Part shown: piece by piece, positions 10,108 to 19,759 of the stretch
Position numbering within the stretch: the first letter of the stretch is position 1
Layout of the letters: each line of letters starts with the position of its first letter
Translations under genes and position numbers: made by a program
Notes under the pieces: model-generated
Databases searched by the model: none
What the model was told of the DNA's origin: nothing
The model's input: the letters and a program-made list of their open reading frames with translations, nothing else
DNA from: Bryobacteraceae bacterium
GTDB taxonomy: Bacteria > Acidobacteriota > Terriglobia > Bryobacterales > Bryobacteraceae
DNA length: 64,000 nucleotides
Direction of reading: 5' to 3'
NCBI GenBank assembly: GCA_965225785.1
Contig: CBDDBV010000022.1
Span: forward strand, 44,803 to 108,802

Positions 10108-10125
10108 CAGAAGTCCTCGAACTCC

Positions 10126-11790
10126 CTATTGATAGATAACCGTTTCCGAAGCACCCGAGTAAGCGAGGATGAGGCCTAGGTCGATCCCCGGCGCCGCGAA
10201 TAGCTGTGCCGTGTCCGACGAGAGTACGGATAGGCTCCCGGCATTGAACAACGAAGTTCCAGTTGCAGGCAAACTCAGCAGCACCAGCGCTGGTATAGTG
10301 AACTGCCCGGATGCTGCGTCCGCCGAGCAGATAAAATCCGCTCCGACAGTCGGACCTCCTGAGTACACGAACGATAACCCTTCGATAATTACGGACTTAC
10401 CAGGCGCACCTCCTGTCCAGGTAACCTGCTGCCCAGCCGAACGATTTACCGTGACGATACCAGACTCATTCGTCCAGACCAGTGGTTGCGGTAACACGAT
10501 ACTGGCGGTGAAAGCGCCGACATCCGCTCCACCCGGTCCGGCGATCGTGTAGCTTCCCGCGTCAAGGTAGTTTCCAGGCGTGCCGTTGCCCAGCGTGGCG
10601 TCGTAATAAATTTGGCCCGAGAGCTTCGTTTCCGCCATACTTCGTGTGCCATTCGGACCTGTAACTGTCAACGCGGGGCCGGCATCCAGGCTGACGGAGT
10701 TTACGGGCGGCGGCGCCGTGCCCGTGATTGATTGGGTGGAAGTGGAACTGTTTGCAACTGAGACCGTGCAGCCGCCCACCGTGAATACCGATTCAACCAG
10801 ATTCGAAGGAAGAGTTCCGCCCACGATCGTCTCGCTATTGAATCCGGCAATCCCCATGTCTTGCGAGTTGGTGGTAGCGCCGGCACCTTGAACGGTAACT
10901 GTGGTTGCTAGTCGAGAGAACTCAATATATCCCGATCGGATTGTTCCTTGTCCCGTCAGTTGGTCAATTTGGTTTTGAGTGAGGATGCCTGAAGGATCAG
11001 AGCAGGTCTCTCCCCCTTTCGGTGCGACTGCAATCGAGGTGAAGTTGCTTACAACCTCACCAATTTGGATCGCGAGCGGCACGCTACAACCTTGAATACT
11101 GTTCGTGGGTACCGTGATGACAATTTGATCCAGCCCCACGCAGCAACCTGACCGGCCGCGATAACTCACCGGACTTATTTGGGAACCAAGGTACGCGGTC
11201 AGCGCTAGGTTAGGCATGTCGCCCGGGAGAGGTGCGGCGCCTTCATCGCCTGTCACGGGACCTAATCCGGTTCCCCAAATAACAATCACATCGCCTGGAT
11301 GAGCCGGGTGCTTTGCACCGATAACTGAATAGTCCGCGAAGGTCGCAACGGGGTCACCGGTTCCTTGGGCATTCAAGGTGAAGACTCCGAAGCTGCTCGC
11401 CACCACTGTAATGGGTCCCGGCGCGCTCGTCTGCCCGTTGTAAGTGACGGTTATCGTTCCCGTCCCAACCGGTGTGGACGAAGGCACCACGATGGCGAGC
11501 TGGGTGGCCAGAGAGTAGAGCAGATACGGCGTCACGGTCTTCCCGCCAATAGTGATCGATGTGGATGTCCCGGCCAGCGTTGCCGATAGCGGGAAGCCGG
11601 CGCTTGGCGTCAGTGTTGCCGGCCCAAGTCCGGTTCCGAATACGACCGCGATGGAGCCCTGTGCAATGGAAGAGTTGGGCAGTCCCGGAAGCGCATAGCT
11701 TGCTGAGTTGAGCACGGCGGCGACTATAGGCTGAGCGCTGGCGGGTCCTCCAGCGAGGAGCGCCGCCAATAAAGCAAACGTAAGTTTCAA
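10126..11790 (-). CDS. secreted Ig-like protein with Solibacter-type (TIGR03437-like) domain
   Basis: Signal peptide; NSASY..IAQGSIAVVFGTGLGP, PAHPGDVIVIWGTGLG and GLDQI motifs. Confidence 0.8.
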   Translation of the reverse strand: MKLTFALLAALLAGGPASAQPIVAAVLNSASYALPGLPNSSIAQGSIAVVFGTGLGPATLTPSAGFPLSATLAGTSTSITIGGKTVTPYLLYSLATQLAIVVPSSTPVGTGTITVTYNGQTSAPGPITVVASSFGVFTLNAQGTGDPVATFADYSVIGAKHPAHPGDVIVIWGTGLGPVTGDEGAAPLPGDMPNLALTAYLGSQISPVSYRGRSGCCVGLDQIVITVPTNSIQGCSVPLAIQIGEVVSNFTSIAVAPKGGETCSDPSGILTQNQIDQLTGQGTIRSGYIEFSRLATTVTVQGAGATTNSQDMGIAGFNSETIVGGTLPSNLVESVFTVGGCTVSVANSSTSTQSITGTAPPPVNSVSLDAGPALTVTGPNGTRSMAETKLSGQIYYDATLGNGTPGNYLDAGSYTIAGPGGADVGAFTASIVLPQPLVWTNESGIVTVNRSAGQQVTWTGGAPGKSVIIEGLSFVYSGGPTVGADFICSADAASGQFTIPALVLLSLPATGTSLFNAGSLSVLSSDTAQLFAAPGIDLGLILAYSGASETVIYQ

Positions 11791-11859
11791 TCAAGACCTC
11801 TGAGGAAGTAATCTCATTTACTAAAGCGGAATCCCGCGCGAAATGATGTCCAAAAGATT

Positions 11860-12375
11860 TCACTTCATCTTGGCCCAAAGCAAGTAACCCGTCAACGTTT
11901 TACCATCATCCAACTTCCCCGCGCGGATCAGATCATCCATCTCCTTACGCGTGAACCAGCGCTTCTCAATTCGCTCGTCATCCATCGGATGCGCTTCGCC
12001 TTCGGTCAGATCCGTCGCGAGAAAGATTGTCATCTTCTCTTCCACATAGCCCGGACTTGGGAAGTAACTCACCAGCTTCTTCCAAGTCTTCGCCTTATAA
12101 CCAGTCTCTTCGATCAGTTCGCGCTTGGCGGCCTGCAACACAGTCTCGCCTTCATCCACTTTGCCCGCCGGGAGTTCCCACATCATCTTCAACGCGGGTA
12201 GCCGATACTGGCGCACCAGCAAAACGCGCTTCTTCTCGTCCACCACGAGCATCACCGCCGAGCCGCGATGGCGTACCACCGAACGGTGCATCTTGAACTC
12301 GCCGTCTTCGGCCTCATCTTCGGTCACCCAGAACAGCTTGCATCGATAGACTTCTTTAGTTGTCAGTAGCTTCAT
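11860..12375 (-). CDS. NUDIX hydrolase (ADP-ribose pyrophosphatase-like)
   Basis: Nudix box GKVDEGETVLQAAKRELIEETG; VRQYR, ELPAG and SPG motifs. Confidence 0.92.
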   Translation of the reverse strand: MKLLTTKEVYRCKLFWVTEDEAEDGEFKMHRSVVRHRGSAVMLVVDEKKRVLLVRQYRLPALKMMWELPAGKVDEGETVLQAAKRELIEETGYKAKTWKKLVSYFPSPGYVEEKMTIFLATDLTEGEAHPMDDERIEKRWFTRKEMDDLIRAGKLDDGKTLTGYLLWAKMK

Positions 12376-14120
12376 CTTGTTAGCGCTAGTTTAAACTCCG
12401 CAAGCGGCAGCGTGTTCAAGACATCTCCCCGTTGCAGCCACCCGCGCCGCGCCATCAGGATTCCAAAATGCATGCTGTTCAGGTGATTGGGATGGTGCGC
12501 GTCCGTGTCGATGCAGAAGCGCGCGCCTTTCGCCTTGGCGGTGCGCACCAGTTGGCCACTCAAATCCATCCGCTCCGGACTCGCGTTGATCTCAAGCGCC
12601 ACGCCGCGCCGCACGGCTTCCGTCACCACGCGATCGAAATCGTATGGATACGGATCACGATGCAGCAGCAGGCGTCCGGTGGGATGCCCGAGCAACTTCA
12701 AATGCGGGCACTCCAGCGCGCGCAGCAGGCGGTCGGTCATCTCGGCCGATTCCATGGTCATGGTGCTGTGCACGCTGCCAATCACGAAATCGAGTTGCGC
12801 CAGCGCGTCCCACGCAAGGTCCAGCGCGCCGTCGCGCAGAATGTCGCACTCAATCCCAGCGAACACGTGAATGCCGAGATGCCCGGAGGCGTTGATCCCG
12901 CGCACGCGCTCGGCGAACTCTTCCACGCGCGCTTCATCCAACCCGAAGGACATCGCGATGGCTTTCGAATGATCGGTGATGGCGATGTACTCGTAGCCCT
13001 TTGCCCGCGCCGCTTCGGCCATCTCTTCGAGCGTCGCGCGCCCGTCCGTGGCGGTGGTGTGCATGTGCAGGTCGCCCCGCATGTCGCCGAGTTCGATCAG
13101 GCTCGGGATCACGCCTTCCGCCGCCGCTTCGATCTCGCCCGTGTTCTCGCGCAGCTCCGGCGGGATCCATTGCAGGCCCAGCGCCTGGTACACACCCTGT
13201 TCGGTGTCGCCCGCCACGCGCGTGTCGTCCTCATTGCGGAATAGACCGTACTCGCTCAGCTTCAGTCCCATGCGCACGGCGCGAATCCGCACGGCGACGT
13301 TGTGCTCCTTGCTGCCCGTAAAATACTGCATGGCGGAGCCGCGGCTCTCATCGGCCAGCGCGCGAATATCCACCTGTAATCCTTCGCGTCCGATCTTCAC
13401 GCTTAGCTTGTTGACGCCGCGTCCCAGCACCTCATGCACACGGGGGAACGATGCCGCCCGCTCGAGCGCCGCTTCCGCGCCCGGCCCCGTCACGAGTAAG
13501 TCCAGATCGCCGATGGTCTCTTTACCGCGCCGCGTGCTGCCCGATGGCAGGATCGACGTGATGCCTTCGACGTCTTTCAAATACTCCGCCAACTCCGCCG
13601 CCACGCGGTAGCCGAAGCTCAGAAGGAAGCGCCCGCTGCGCAGCTTATAGCCTTCAATGGAACGGAGAATCTTCTCTTCCGTTTTGGCGCCGAGTCGCGG
13701 CAGTTCGCGCAGCTTCTGCTCGCGGCACAGTGTTTCGAGTTCATCCATCGTGGTCACGCGGAAGTGCTCGAAGAGCAGCGCGATGGTCTTCGGGCCCAGG
13801 CCTTGAATTTTCAGAAACTCCAGCGCGGTCGGCGGATACTTCTCCAGCAGCCGCTCGCGAATCTGGAATGAGCCGGTCTTACGGATCTCATTCAACACGC
13901 CCGCGAGACCTTTGCCGATGCCCGCGATGTCCGTGATCTTCCGCTCCGGATTAGCCAGAATGTCGTCGATCCGTTCGGGGTAGCCTTCAATCGCGGCGGC
14001 CCCGTTCCGATAGCTGCGGATGCGGAAGCTGTCTTCGGCGGAGATCTCCATCAGGTCCGCCGTCTCGGCCAGAATACGGGCGTAATCGCGGTTCTCCAGA
14101 TTCAGGCCGGGCGTAGTCAC
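12372..14120 (-). CDS. polX: DNA polymerase X / PHP 3'-5' exonuclease
   Basis: GSTRRGKETIGDLDLL, YFTGSKEHN, IPPELRE, and PHP motifs DLHMHT, TDHS, DTDAH. GTG start 6 nt after TAGAAT. Confidence 0.95.
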   Translation of the reverse strand: MTTPGLNLENRDYARILAETADLMEISAEDSFRIRSYRNGAAAIEGYPERIDDILANPERKITDIAGIGKGLAGVLNEIRKTGSFQIRERLLEKYPPTALEFLKIQGLGPKTIALLFEHFRVTTMDELETLCREQKLRELPRLGAKTEEKILRSIEGYKLRSGRFLLSFGYRVAAELAEYLKDVEGITSILPSGSTRRGKETIGDLDLLVTGPGAEAALERAASFPRVHEVLGRGVNKLSVKIGREGLQVDIRALADESRGSAMQYFTGSKEHNVAVRIRAVRMGLKLSEYGLFRNEDDTRVAGDTEQGVYQALGLQWIPPELRENTGEIEAAAEGVIPSLIELGDMRGDLHMHTTATDGRATLEEMAEAARAKGYEYIAITDHSKAIAMSFGLDEARVEEFAERVRGINASGHLGIHVFAGIECDILRDGALDLAWDALAQLDFVIGSVHSTMTMESAEMTDRLLRALECPHLKLLGHPTGRLLLHRDPYPYDFDRVVTEAVRRGVALEINASPERMDLSGQLVRTAKAKGARFCIDTDAHHPNHLNSMHFGILMARRGWLQRGDVLNTLPLAEFKLALTR

Positions 14121-14126
14121 AACCAC

Positions 14127-14143
14127 ATTCTAGGCTGTAGAAT
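14127..14143. promoter_or_regulatory. back-to-back -10 boxes for polX and GH39
   Basis: ATTCTA-GGCTG-TAGAAT gives TAGAAT on both strands in a 31-bp divergent gap. Confidence 0.55.
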
Positions 14144-14151
14144 CAGGAGGC

Positions 14152-15768
14152 TTGCGCATCTTCCTTTTCTTTCTCCCGCTCGTCGCTTTCGCACAGACGC
14201 CTGCCACCGTCCACGTCGATCTTCGTTCGCACCTGGGTCCCCTAACGCCTATCTGGCCGTACTTCGGCTATGACGAACCCAACTATACCTACACCGCGAA
14301 CGGCGCCAAACTGATCGGCGAGTTGGCCGCGCTGCGGACTCCGGTCTACATTCGCACGCATAACCTCCTGACTACCGGCGATGGCACGCCCGCGCTGAAA
14401 TGGGGATCGACCAACGCCTATCGCGAAGATGCGCGGGGAAACCCGATCTACGACTGGACCCTCGTCGATAAGATCATCGACACGTACGTCCACGTCAAAG
14501 CCAAGCCCTTCGTCGAGATCGGCTTCATGCCGGAAGCGCTCTCCACCAAGCCCGAACCGTATCAGCACTCCTGGCCGAAAACGAAGATCGCCGCCGGCTG
14601 GGCTTATCCGCCGAAGAACTACGAGAAGTGGGCGGAGTTGGTCTATCAATGGGTACGCCACTCCATTGCGAAGTACGGTGAAGCGGAAGTGAACTCCTGG
14701 TATTGGGAAGTGTGGAATGAGCCCGATATCGAATATTGGCAGGGCACGCCGGAAGAGTACGACACGCTGTACGACTTCGCCGTGAACGCGGTGAAGCGCG
14801 CCGCTCCGAACGCGCGCGTGGGCGGACCGGCAAGCACCGGCCCCGCGAATCCGAAGGCTGCCGCGTTCCTCAAGCAATTTCTGCAGCACTGCGATTCGGG
14901 CATCAACGCCGCTACCAAGAAGTCCGGCGCGCCGCTGGACTTCATCACTTATCACGCCAAGGGCAGTCCCGCCATGGCGGAAGATCACGTGCGCATGGGG
15001 CTTGCGAAGGAGCTGCGCGACGTCTCCGCCGGAATGGACATCGTCGCCGGTTTTCCGAAATTTCGCGCGCTGCCCATCATCCTGAGCGAGGCCGATCCCG
15101 AAGGCTGCGCGGCCTGTTCCGCCCGCACCGCGCCGCAGAACGCGTATCGCAACGGCGCGCTCTATCCGGTGTATACGGCCGTCGCGATGACCGGAATGCT
15201 GGATCTCGCGCGCCGGCACAACGCCGATCTGCGGGGCATGCTGACTTGGGCTTTTGAATTCGAGGGCCAGCCTTACTTCGATGGCTTCCGCACGCTGGCG
15301 ACGAACGGCATCGACAAGCCGATTCTCAACTTCTTCCGCATGGCCGCCAGGATGAAGGGCTTACGCGTGTCGGTGGATAGCACCGGCGCGGCACTCACGC
15401 CAACTGTCAATGCGCTCGCCACCGGCGCCGAACACAGCGCGTCGATTCTGTTGTGGAACTATCGCGACGACGATGTCACCGCACCCGATACGCCCACGCA
15501 CCTGAACATCAGCGGTCTTCCGCTTAACAACCGCTCCGTCCACGTGACGCAGTATCGCATCGACAAAACCCACAGCAATTCTTATACGGTGTGGAAGCAA
15601 ATGGGATCGCCGCCGCAGCCCACACCGGCGCAGTACGCGCAGTTGGAAGCTGCCGCAAAGCTTCAGCCGTTCGAGGGGACGCGCTCGGTGCGGGTTGACG
15701 CCGGAACGGTCGACCTCAACTTGCCAGTACCCCAACAGTCGCTATCGCTGTTTGTACTGGAGTGGTGA
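14152..15768 (+). CDS. secreted GH39 glycoside hydrolase (beta-xylosidase-like)
   Basis: Signal peptide; WEVWNEPD acid/base, ILSEADPEG nucleophile region, RTHNLLT; AGGAGG RBS. Confidence 0.9.
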   Translation: MRIFLFFLPLVAFAQTPATVHVDLRSHLGPLTPIWPYFGYDEPNYTYTANGAKLIGELAALRTPVYIRTHNLLTTGDGTPALKWGSTNAYREDARGNPIYDWTLVDKIIDTYVHVKAKPFVEIGFMPEALSTKPEPYQHSWPKTKIAAGWAYPPKNYEKWAELVYQWVRHSIAKYGEAEVNSWYWEVWNEPDIEYWQGTPEEYDTLYDFAVNAVKRAAPNARVGGPASTGPANPKAAAFLKQFLQHCDSGINAATKKSGAPLDFITYHAKGSPAMAEDHVRMGLAKELRDVSAGMDIVAGFPKFRALPIILSEADPEGCAACSARTAPQNAYRNGALYPVYTAVAMTGMLDLARRHNADLRGMLTWAFEFEGQPYFDGFRTLATNGIDKPILNFFRMAARMKGLRVSVDSTGAALTPTVNALATGAEHSASILLWNYRDDDVTAPDTPTHLNISGLPLNNRSVHVTQYRIDKTHSNSYTVWKQMGSPPQPTPAQYAQLEAAAKLQPFEGTRSVRVDAGTVDLNLPVPQQSLSLFVLEW

Positions 15769-15777
15769 ACTGGCGTT

Positions 15778-16542
15778 CTAAAAGGGAAATCGCGGGCGAG
15801 TCTGGTTGGCGCTGCGCGGCGTGGGGCCGGGTCCATCCGCGAAACGCGCAGCCTGCATGGGCCCAAAATTCAACTCGCCGGTCTGAAAAGTCAGCGGCCG
15901 ATCCAGGACCAGTTCGATGGTGCTGCCCTGCGCCAGCGTCGCATCCGGACCGCGGGTGAGCAAAACGCCCAGGAGTCCCGCCGCCAGTCCCGCACCCGCT
16001 CCCGCGCCGATTCCCGTTCCCACCGAATGCTCAGCGGCACCCACAATCGCGCCGATCGAAGCGCCGCCCGCGGTCGTCTCCGCTACCGTCTTCAAGTCGC
16101 CGCCCACATTGCCGTCGCCCTTCACCATGCCTTCGCTCTTGTTCAGCGTTTCATCCCCGCGCGCGTCCACCGCGGAAAGCCTGGCGCGAAAGTCCCGCAC
16201 CACGCCATTCGGCAGCGTCAGCGAGTCGAAGCGAAGAAACAATTCCCCGCGCCCTTTCACGCGTCCCGGCCGCTTCAGGTGCGTCACCGTTCCTTCCACG
16301 TAGCTGCCCGGAGGAATCACGATCTTGCCATCCACCAGAATCGGAAACACCGTCTGCATGTACACGCGATCGCCTTCCACGGAGTGCTTGGTGCCTACGC
16401 TGTTGATCAGGCTCAACGGAATGTGGGTCCCGGGAGACACCGTGACCGGGCCGCCGGGAACCGCGGGCGCGGGCTCCTGCGCCGGGGACGCGACGGCCGC
16501 CAACCCGAACAAAACCGTAACCGCCCACTTCGAATGCCGCAT
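15778..16542 (-). CDS. secreted TrbI/VirB10-like domain protein with glycine zipper
   Basis: VSPGTHIPLSL, IVIPPGSYVEGTV, GRVKGRGEL, GAxIGAxxG glycine zipper and LTRGPD; GGAG RBS before MRHSK. Confidence 0.75.
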   Translation of the reverse strand: MRHSKWAVTVLFGLAAVASPAQEPAPAVPGGPVTVSPGTHIPLSLINSVGTKHSVEGDRVYMQTVFPILVDGKIVIPPGSYVEGTVTHLKRPGRVKGRGELFLRFDSLTLPNGVVRDFRARLSAVDARGDETLNKSEGMVKGDGNVGGDLKTVAETTAGGASIGAIVGAAEHSVGTGIGAGAGAGLAAGLLGVLLTRGPDATLAQGSTIELVLDRPLTFQTGELNFGPMQAARFADGPGPTPRSANQTRPRFPF

Positions 16543-16578
16543 GGATACTCCTGCAACCATTCTAAAGCGTCCTGGCGA

Positions 16579-17364
16579 TCAGACCGCCGGAAGATAGATC
16601 TTCGGCACGCTCTCACTGGTGCCAATCGCCACGCGCAGCTCCGGGTTGGTGCTCAAATTCGCCGGCATCTGGACATTAATCTGGTACAGCCCCGCGTATC
16701 CCGGCGCGAGTCCCGCATACTCGATCGCTCCGGGGTCCAACGCCACGCCGTCGATCAGCACCGAAAAGCTGCTTAGGTTCTGGATCAGCGCGGCCCCCGT
16801 CGCGGGCGTGTAGTTCTGCGCGTCCGGAACCGTTCGACCCAGGCCCGCTCCGTAGAGCACGATCCATTCGCCCGGATTCGCCGGTGCCGCGCCCGTGATG
16901 AGAGATCCATCCAGGTGCGTTGCGATGGCGTTGTAGTTGGCGTCCTGGAACAGCGCCGGTCCGGTCGCATTCAAGGTCACCGGAACTTCCGGCCCGGCGA
17001 CGCCCTCGCGAATCACATAGACGTTCACCGTGCCCGGCGTCTCATCGTTCGGGATGAGGAAATTGATCTGGCCGCTCGAAACGTAGAAGAGGCCGGTGGC
17101 CTGCCCGTCCACATAAACCGTCACCCCGCCCAGGGATGTCGGAAGGCCGCCGTTCACCCACGCGGTCAAGGACGCGGTTTGATAAGAAAGACTGGTGCCG
17201 AAAATTGAGGCGATCGCATTCGGCGCCAGCGCGTCGCCCGAATAGGAAGCGGCGTTCACGATTCCGGCGGTGATGTAGGTGGGCGGCGTAAGGACCGCGC
17301 CGCCGCCCCAGGCAGGCAGGGCGGAGACCAGTCCGGCGACGGCCAATGCAATTCGATAGAGCAT
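16579..17364 (-). CDS. secreted stand-alone Solibacter-type (TIGR03437-like) domain protein
   Basis: IVNAASY..LAPNAIASIFGTSL, YVSSGQINF, PANPGEWIVLYGAGLG and YAGLYQINV motifs. Confidence 0.85.
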   Translation of the reverse strand: MLYRIALAVAGLVSALPAWGGGAVLTPPTYITAGIVNAASYSGDALAPNAIASIFGTSLSYQTASLTAWVNGGLPTSLGGVTVYVDGQATGLFYVSSGQINFLIPNDETPGTVNVYVIREGVAGPEVPVTLNATGPALFQDANYNAIATHLDGSLITGAAPANPGEWIVLYGAGLGRTVPDAQNYTPATGAALIQNLSSFSVLIDGVALDPGAIEYAGLAPGYAGLYQINVQMPANLSTNPELRVAIGTSESVPKIYLPAV

Positions 17365-17370
17365 GCCCCA

Positions 17371-18435
17371 TTAAGGCAGGATTTCCAGGGGAATCGCTGA
17401 TGCACCAGCCTGCGAGGGAATACCTCCCGCGCTCTTCGGCGGTATTCGGGCCAGTGCTTTTTTCGACACGGTCGTCAATGGGATGGAACTCAGTTCCTCA
17501 TTTCCGCGCCATTGCGTCCCCGCCGGATTGCGTTCAATGTCATGCTCGATCTCGGCGATGTACACCGCCACCGTGAAGACGGTGTTGACGATAGTGTGCC
17601 GGAAAGTCGCCACTGCCGGCCCTGCCGCCGGAACCGTTTCGCGGGTGGGCAGTTCCCAGAACCCCGCCATGCGGCGCTCCGTAACCGCTCGCCGGGTCAG
17701 CAGGATTTCATCGCCCCGCCGCGCCACCACCACCTCGAACAAGGCGCTGGACGGTGCCGCTTTCCGCCGCTTCACCGGGAGTTCCTCTTGCCGTCCCTGT
17801 AAGCGCGCTTGGCAGTTGCGGGCCACCGGACACACCAGGCATTGCGGGTTTCGAGGCAAGCACACGGTCGCGCCCAGTTCCATCAGGGCCTGGTTGAAAT
17901 CGCCCGGGCGCCGGGTGTCCAGAAGCTGCTGCGCGGCCTGGGTGAAGCGATCCCGCGTGGCCGGCAGCGCGATATCGCCAGCGTCGCCGGTCACGCGGGA
18001 GATCACCCGCAACACGTTCCCATCCACCGCCGGGTGCGGCAACGCCCACGCGATGCTGGCCACCGCGCCCGCCGTGTACGGGCCCACTCCCGGCAACGCG
18101 CGGATCTCTTCATAGGTCGAAGGAAATCCGTGCGCGACGGCGCGCGCGGCCCGCTGCAAATTGCGCGCCCGCGAGTAATATCCCAGACCGCTCCAGGCCG
18201 CCAGCACATCCGCTTCGGCGGCTTCGGCCAGCGCCGCGGCATCCGGAAACCGTTCAAGGAAACGGTGGTAGTAAGGAATCACCGCTTCCACGCGCGTCTG
18301 CTGTAGCATGATCTCGGACACTAGAATGCGCCATGGATCGTTCGTTTCCCGCCAAGGCAGGGCGCGGCGGGACTGATCGTACCAGCGCAGCAGGCGGCGG
18401 CGAAAGGCTATGGAATCCACTGGCAATCTTCCCAT
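17371..18435 (-). CDS. mutY: A/G-specific adenine glycosylase MutY
   Basis: VSEIMLQQT, WSGLGYYSRARNL, LPGVGPYTA, VDGNV and Fe-S motif CxxxxxxCxxCxxxxxC. Start uncertain (ATG 18435 or GTG 18420). Confidence 0.93.
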   Translation of the reverse strand: MGRLPVDSIAFRRRLLRWYDQSRRALPWRETNDPWRILVSEIMLQQTRVEAVIPYYHRFLERFPDAAALAEAAEADVLAAWSGLGYYSRARNLQRAARAVAHGFPSTYEEIRALPGVGPYTAGAVASIAWALPHPAVDGNVLRVISRVTGDAGDIALPATRDRFTQAAQQLLDTRRPGDFNQALMELGATVCLPRNPQCLVCPVARNCQARLQGRQEELPVKRRKAAPSSALFEVVVARRGDEILLTRRAVTERRMAGFWELPTRETVPAAGPAVATFRHTIVNTVFTVAVYIAEIEHDIERNPAGTQWRGNEELSSIPLTTVSKKALARIPPKSAGGIPSQAGASAIPLEILP

Positions 18436-18863
18436 TGGAATTCCACCATCAGCGGCCCGCGATCGTAATCCGAATAGCGGGCCCAGCGCGGTGTCACCCG
18501 CCAATACACCAGGTTCGCCCAATGCACGCGCGTGCGTCCGTCAGGCCAGGCGGAATAATAGGCTTCACGGTACAACGCGTCCGCATGGCCGGTGGATGAG
18601 ACCGCGGTTGCGGCTCCCTCATACTGCAAAGTCATCTCGGCCGGCCCGCTGAAAGTGACCGCGATCCGGCGGTCCCGCAGCAGGTTGGCATGTTTGCGCG
18701 TGGTGGAGAGCGTGTCGAACACAACCTCAAAAGCGTCCGTGGTTCCGACTCCCACCAGCGCCGATTGCGGGCCGCCATCCGCCGCAATGGTCGACACCAC
18801 CGCCAGTTTGTGCGCACGCATGTACGCGAGCAGTTCCGGCTTGCCGAACGGTCCGCCGCTCAA
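18408..18863 (-). CDS. pyridoxamine 5'-phosphate oxidase-like FMN-binding protein
   Basis: AVVSTIAADGGPQSA, TRKHANLLRDRRIA split-barrel pattern. Confidence 0.8.
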   Translation of the reverse strand: MSGGPFGKPELLAYMRAHKLAVVSTIAADGGPQSALVGVGTTDAFEVVFDTLSTTRKHANLLRDRRIAVTFSGPAEMTLQYEGAATAVSSTGHADALYREAYYSAWPDGRTRVHWANLVYWRVTPRWARYSDYDRGPLMVEFQWEDCQWIP

Positions 18864-18867
18864 ACGT

Positions 18868-19701
18868 CTACTCGGTGTCCAGAACCTGGACGAACTCGCC
18901 GATCACCCGGTACTTCCCTTCGAACGCTTCGGGATCGAGTTCGAAAGCGGGGAACTCCCGGTTGAGCGGCTCCAGCCGGATCACGGAGTGCGCCCAGCCT
19001 TCCTCCGTGTTCTTCTTGGCGCTGGTATACCGCTTCACCGTGAACCGCCCGCTGGTCCCGGTCGCGCCCAACTCTTCAATCAGCAGCCGCTTGCCTTGCC
19101 GCGACCCCGGCGCAATTCTCCGGAACACCACAAAACTGCCATCGGGAATCAACGGCTCCATCGATCTGCCCACCACCTGCACCACGAACATTTCGGGCGT
19201 AAGCCGCAGGCCCGGAGGCGCGAGAACCCACTCCTTATCGTCGTCACCCTCCGCGATTTCACGATCCTCGCCGAACTTGGTCGCCGCCGCCTGTAGCCTG
19301 TAAAGCGGTAGATGGGTTTCGAAGGGGATGACGCGCGTTTGAACGAACTGCGAGAACAGGCGGTCCAACAGCCCTGGCAAATTCCTGGCCGACACCGCTT
19401 CGCGCTCCGACAAGCGCAGAAATCCACTGAAGGAATCTTCAATGGTCTCCAGGAATTCCGTGCCCGTCATCTCCTGCAAGCGAGCGCGAAAATCGGAATC
19501 GAGAAACGAACAGTATTCCGCATCTTCGGGCGGGATCGGCAGGTTGTCCATATCCGTGCGCAGCTTCCACCGCAGTTCGCCCGTCTGCGAATCGAGCAGT
19601 AGCACCCCGAACGGAATTTCAGCCACGCCCGGAGGCGCCAGCGACAGAACCACAAACTGTGCGCGTAAGTGGCCGCCGATCGAAATTACAGCCGCTGGCA
19701 T
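18868..19701 (-). CDS. DUF3037-like domain fused to S24 (LexA-type) peptidase domain
   Basis: C-terminal VVGRSMEPLIPDG (Ser) and TVKRY (Lys), plus RLEPLN. N-terminal DUF3037-like pattern, no HTH. GGAG RBS before MPAAV. Confidence 0.75.
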   Translation of the reverse strand: MPAAVISIGGHLRAQFVVLSLAPPGVAEIPFGVLLLDSQTGELRWKLRTDMDNLPIPPEDAEYCSFLDSDFRARLQEMTGTEFLETIEDSFSGFLRLSEREAVSARNLPGLLDRLFSQFVQTRVIPFETHLPLYRLQAAATKFGEDREIAEGDDDKEWVLAPPGLRLTPEMFVVQVVGRSMEPLIPDGSFVVFRRIAPGSRQGKRLLIEELGATGTSGRFTVKRYTSAKKNTEEGWAHSVIRLEPLNREFPAFELDPEAFEGKYRVIGEFVQVLDTE

Positions 19702-19759
19702 ACTCCACAAGTGTAACCGAGTTATTACCTTTTCTAAGCCCTACGGCGCGATCGCGGTA

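Noticed and set aside
15778-16542. TrbI/VirB10-like gene as evidence of a conjugative element
   Set aside because: No other T4SS, relaxase or integrase genes; stand-alone secreted form.
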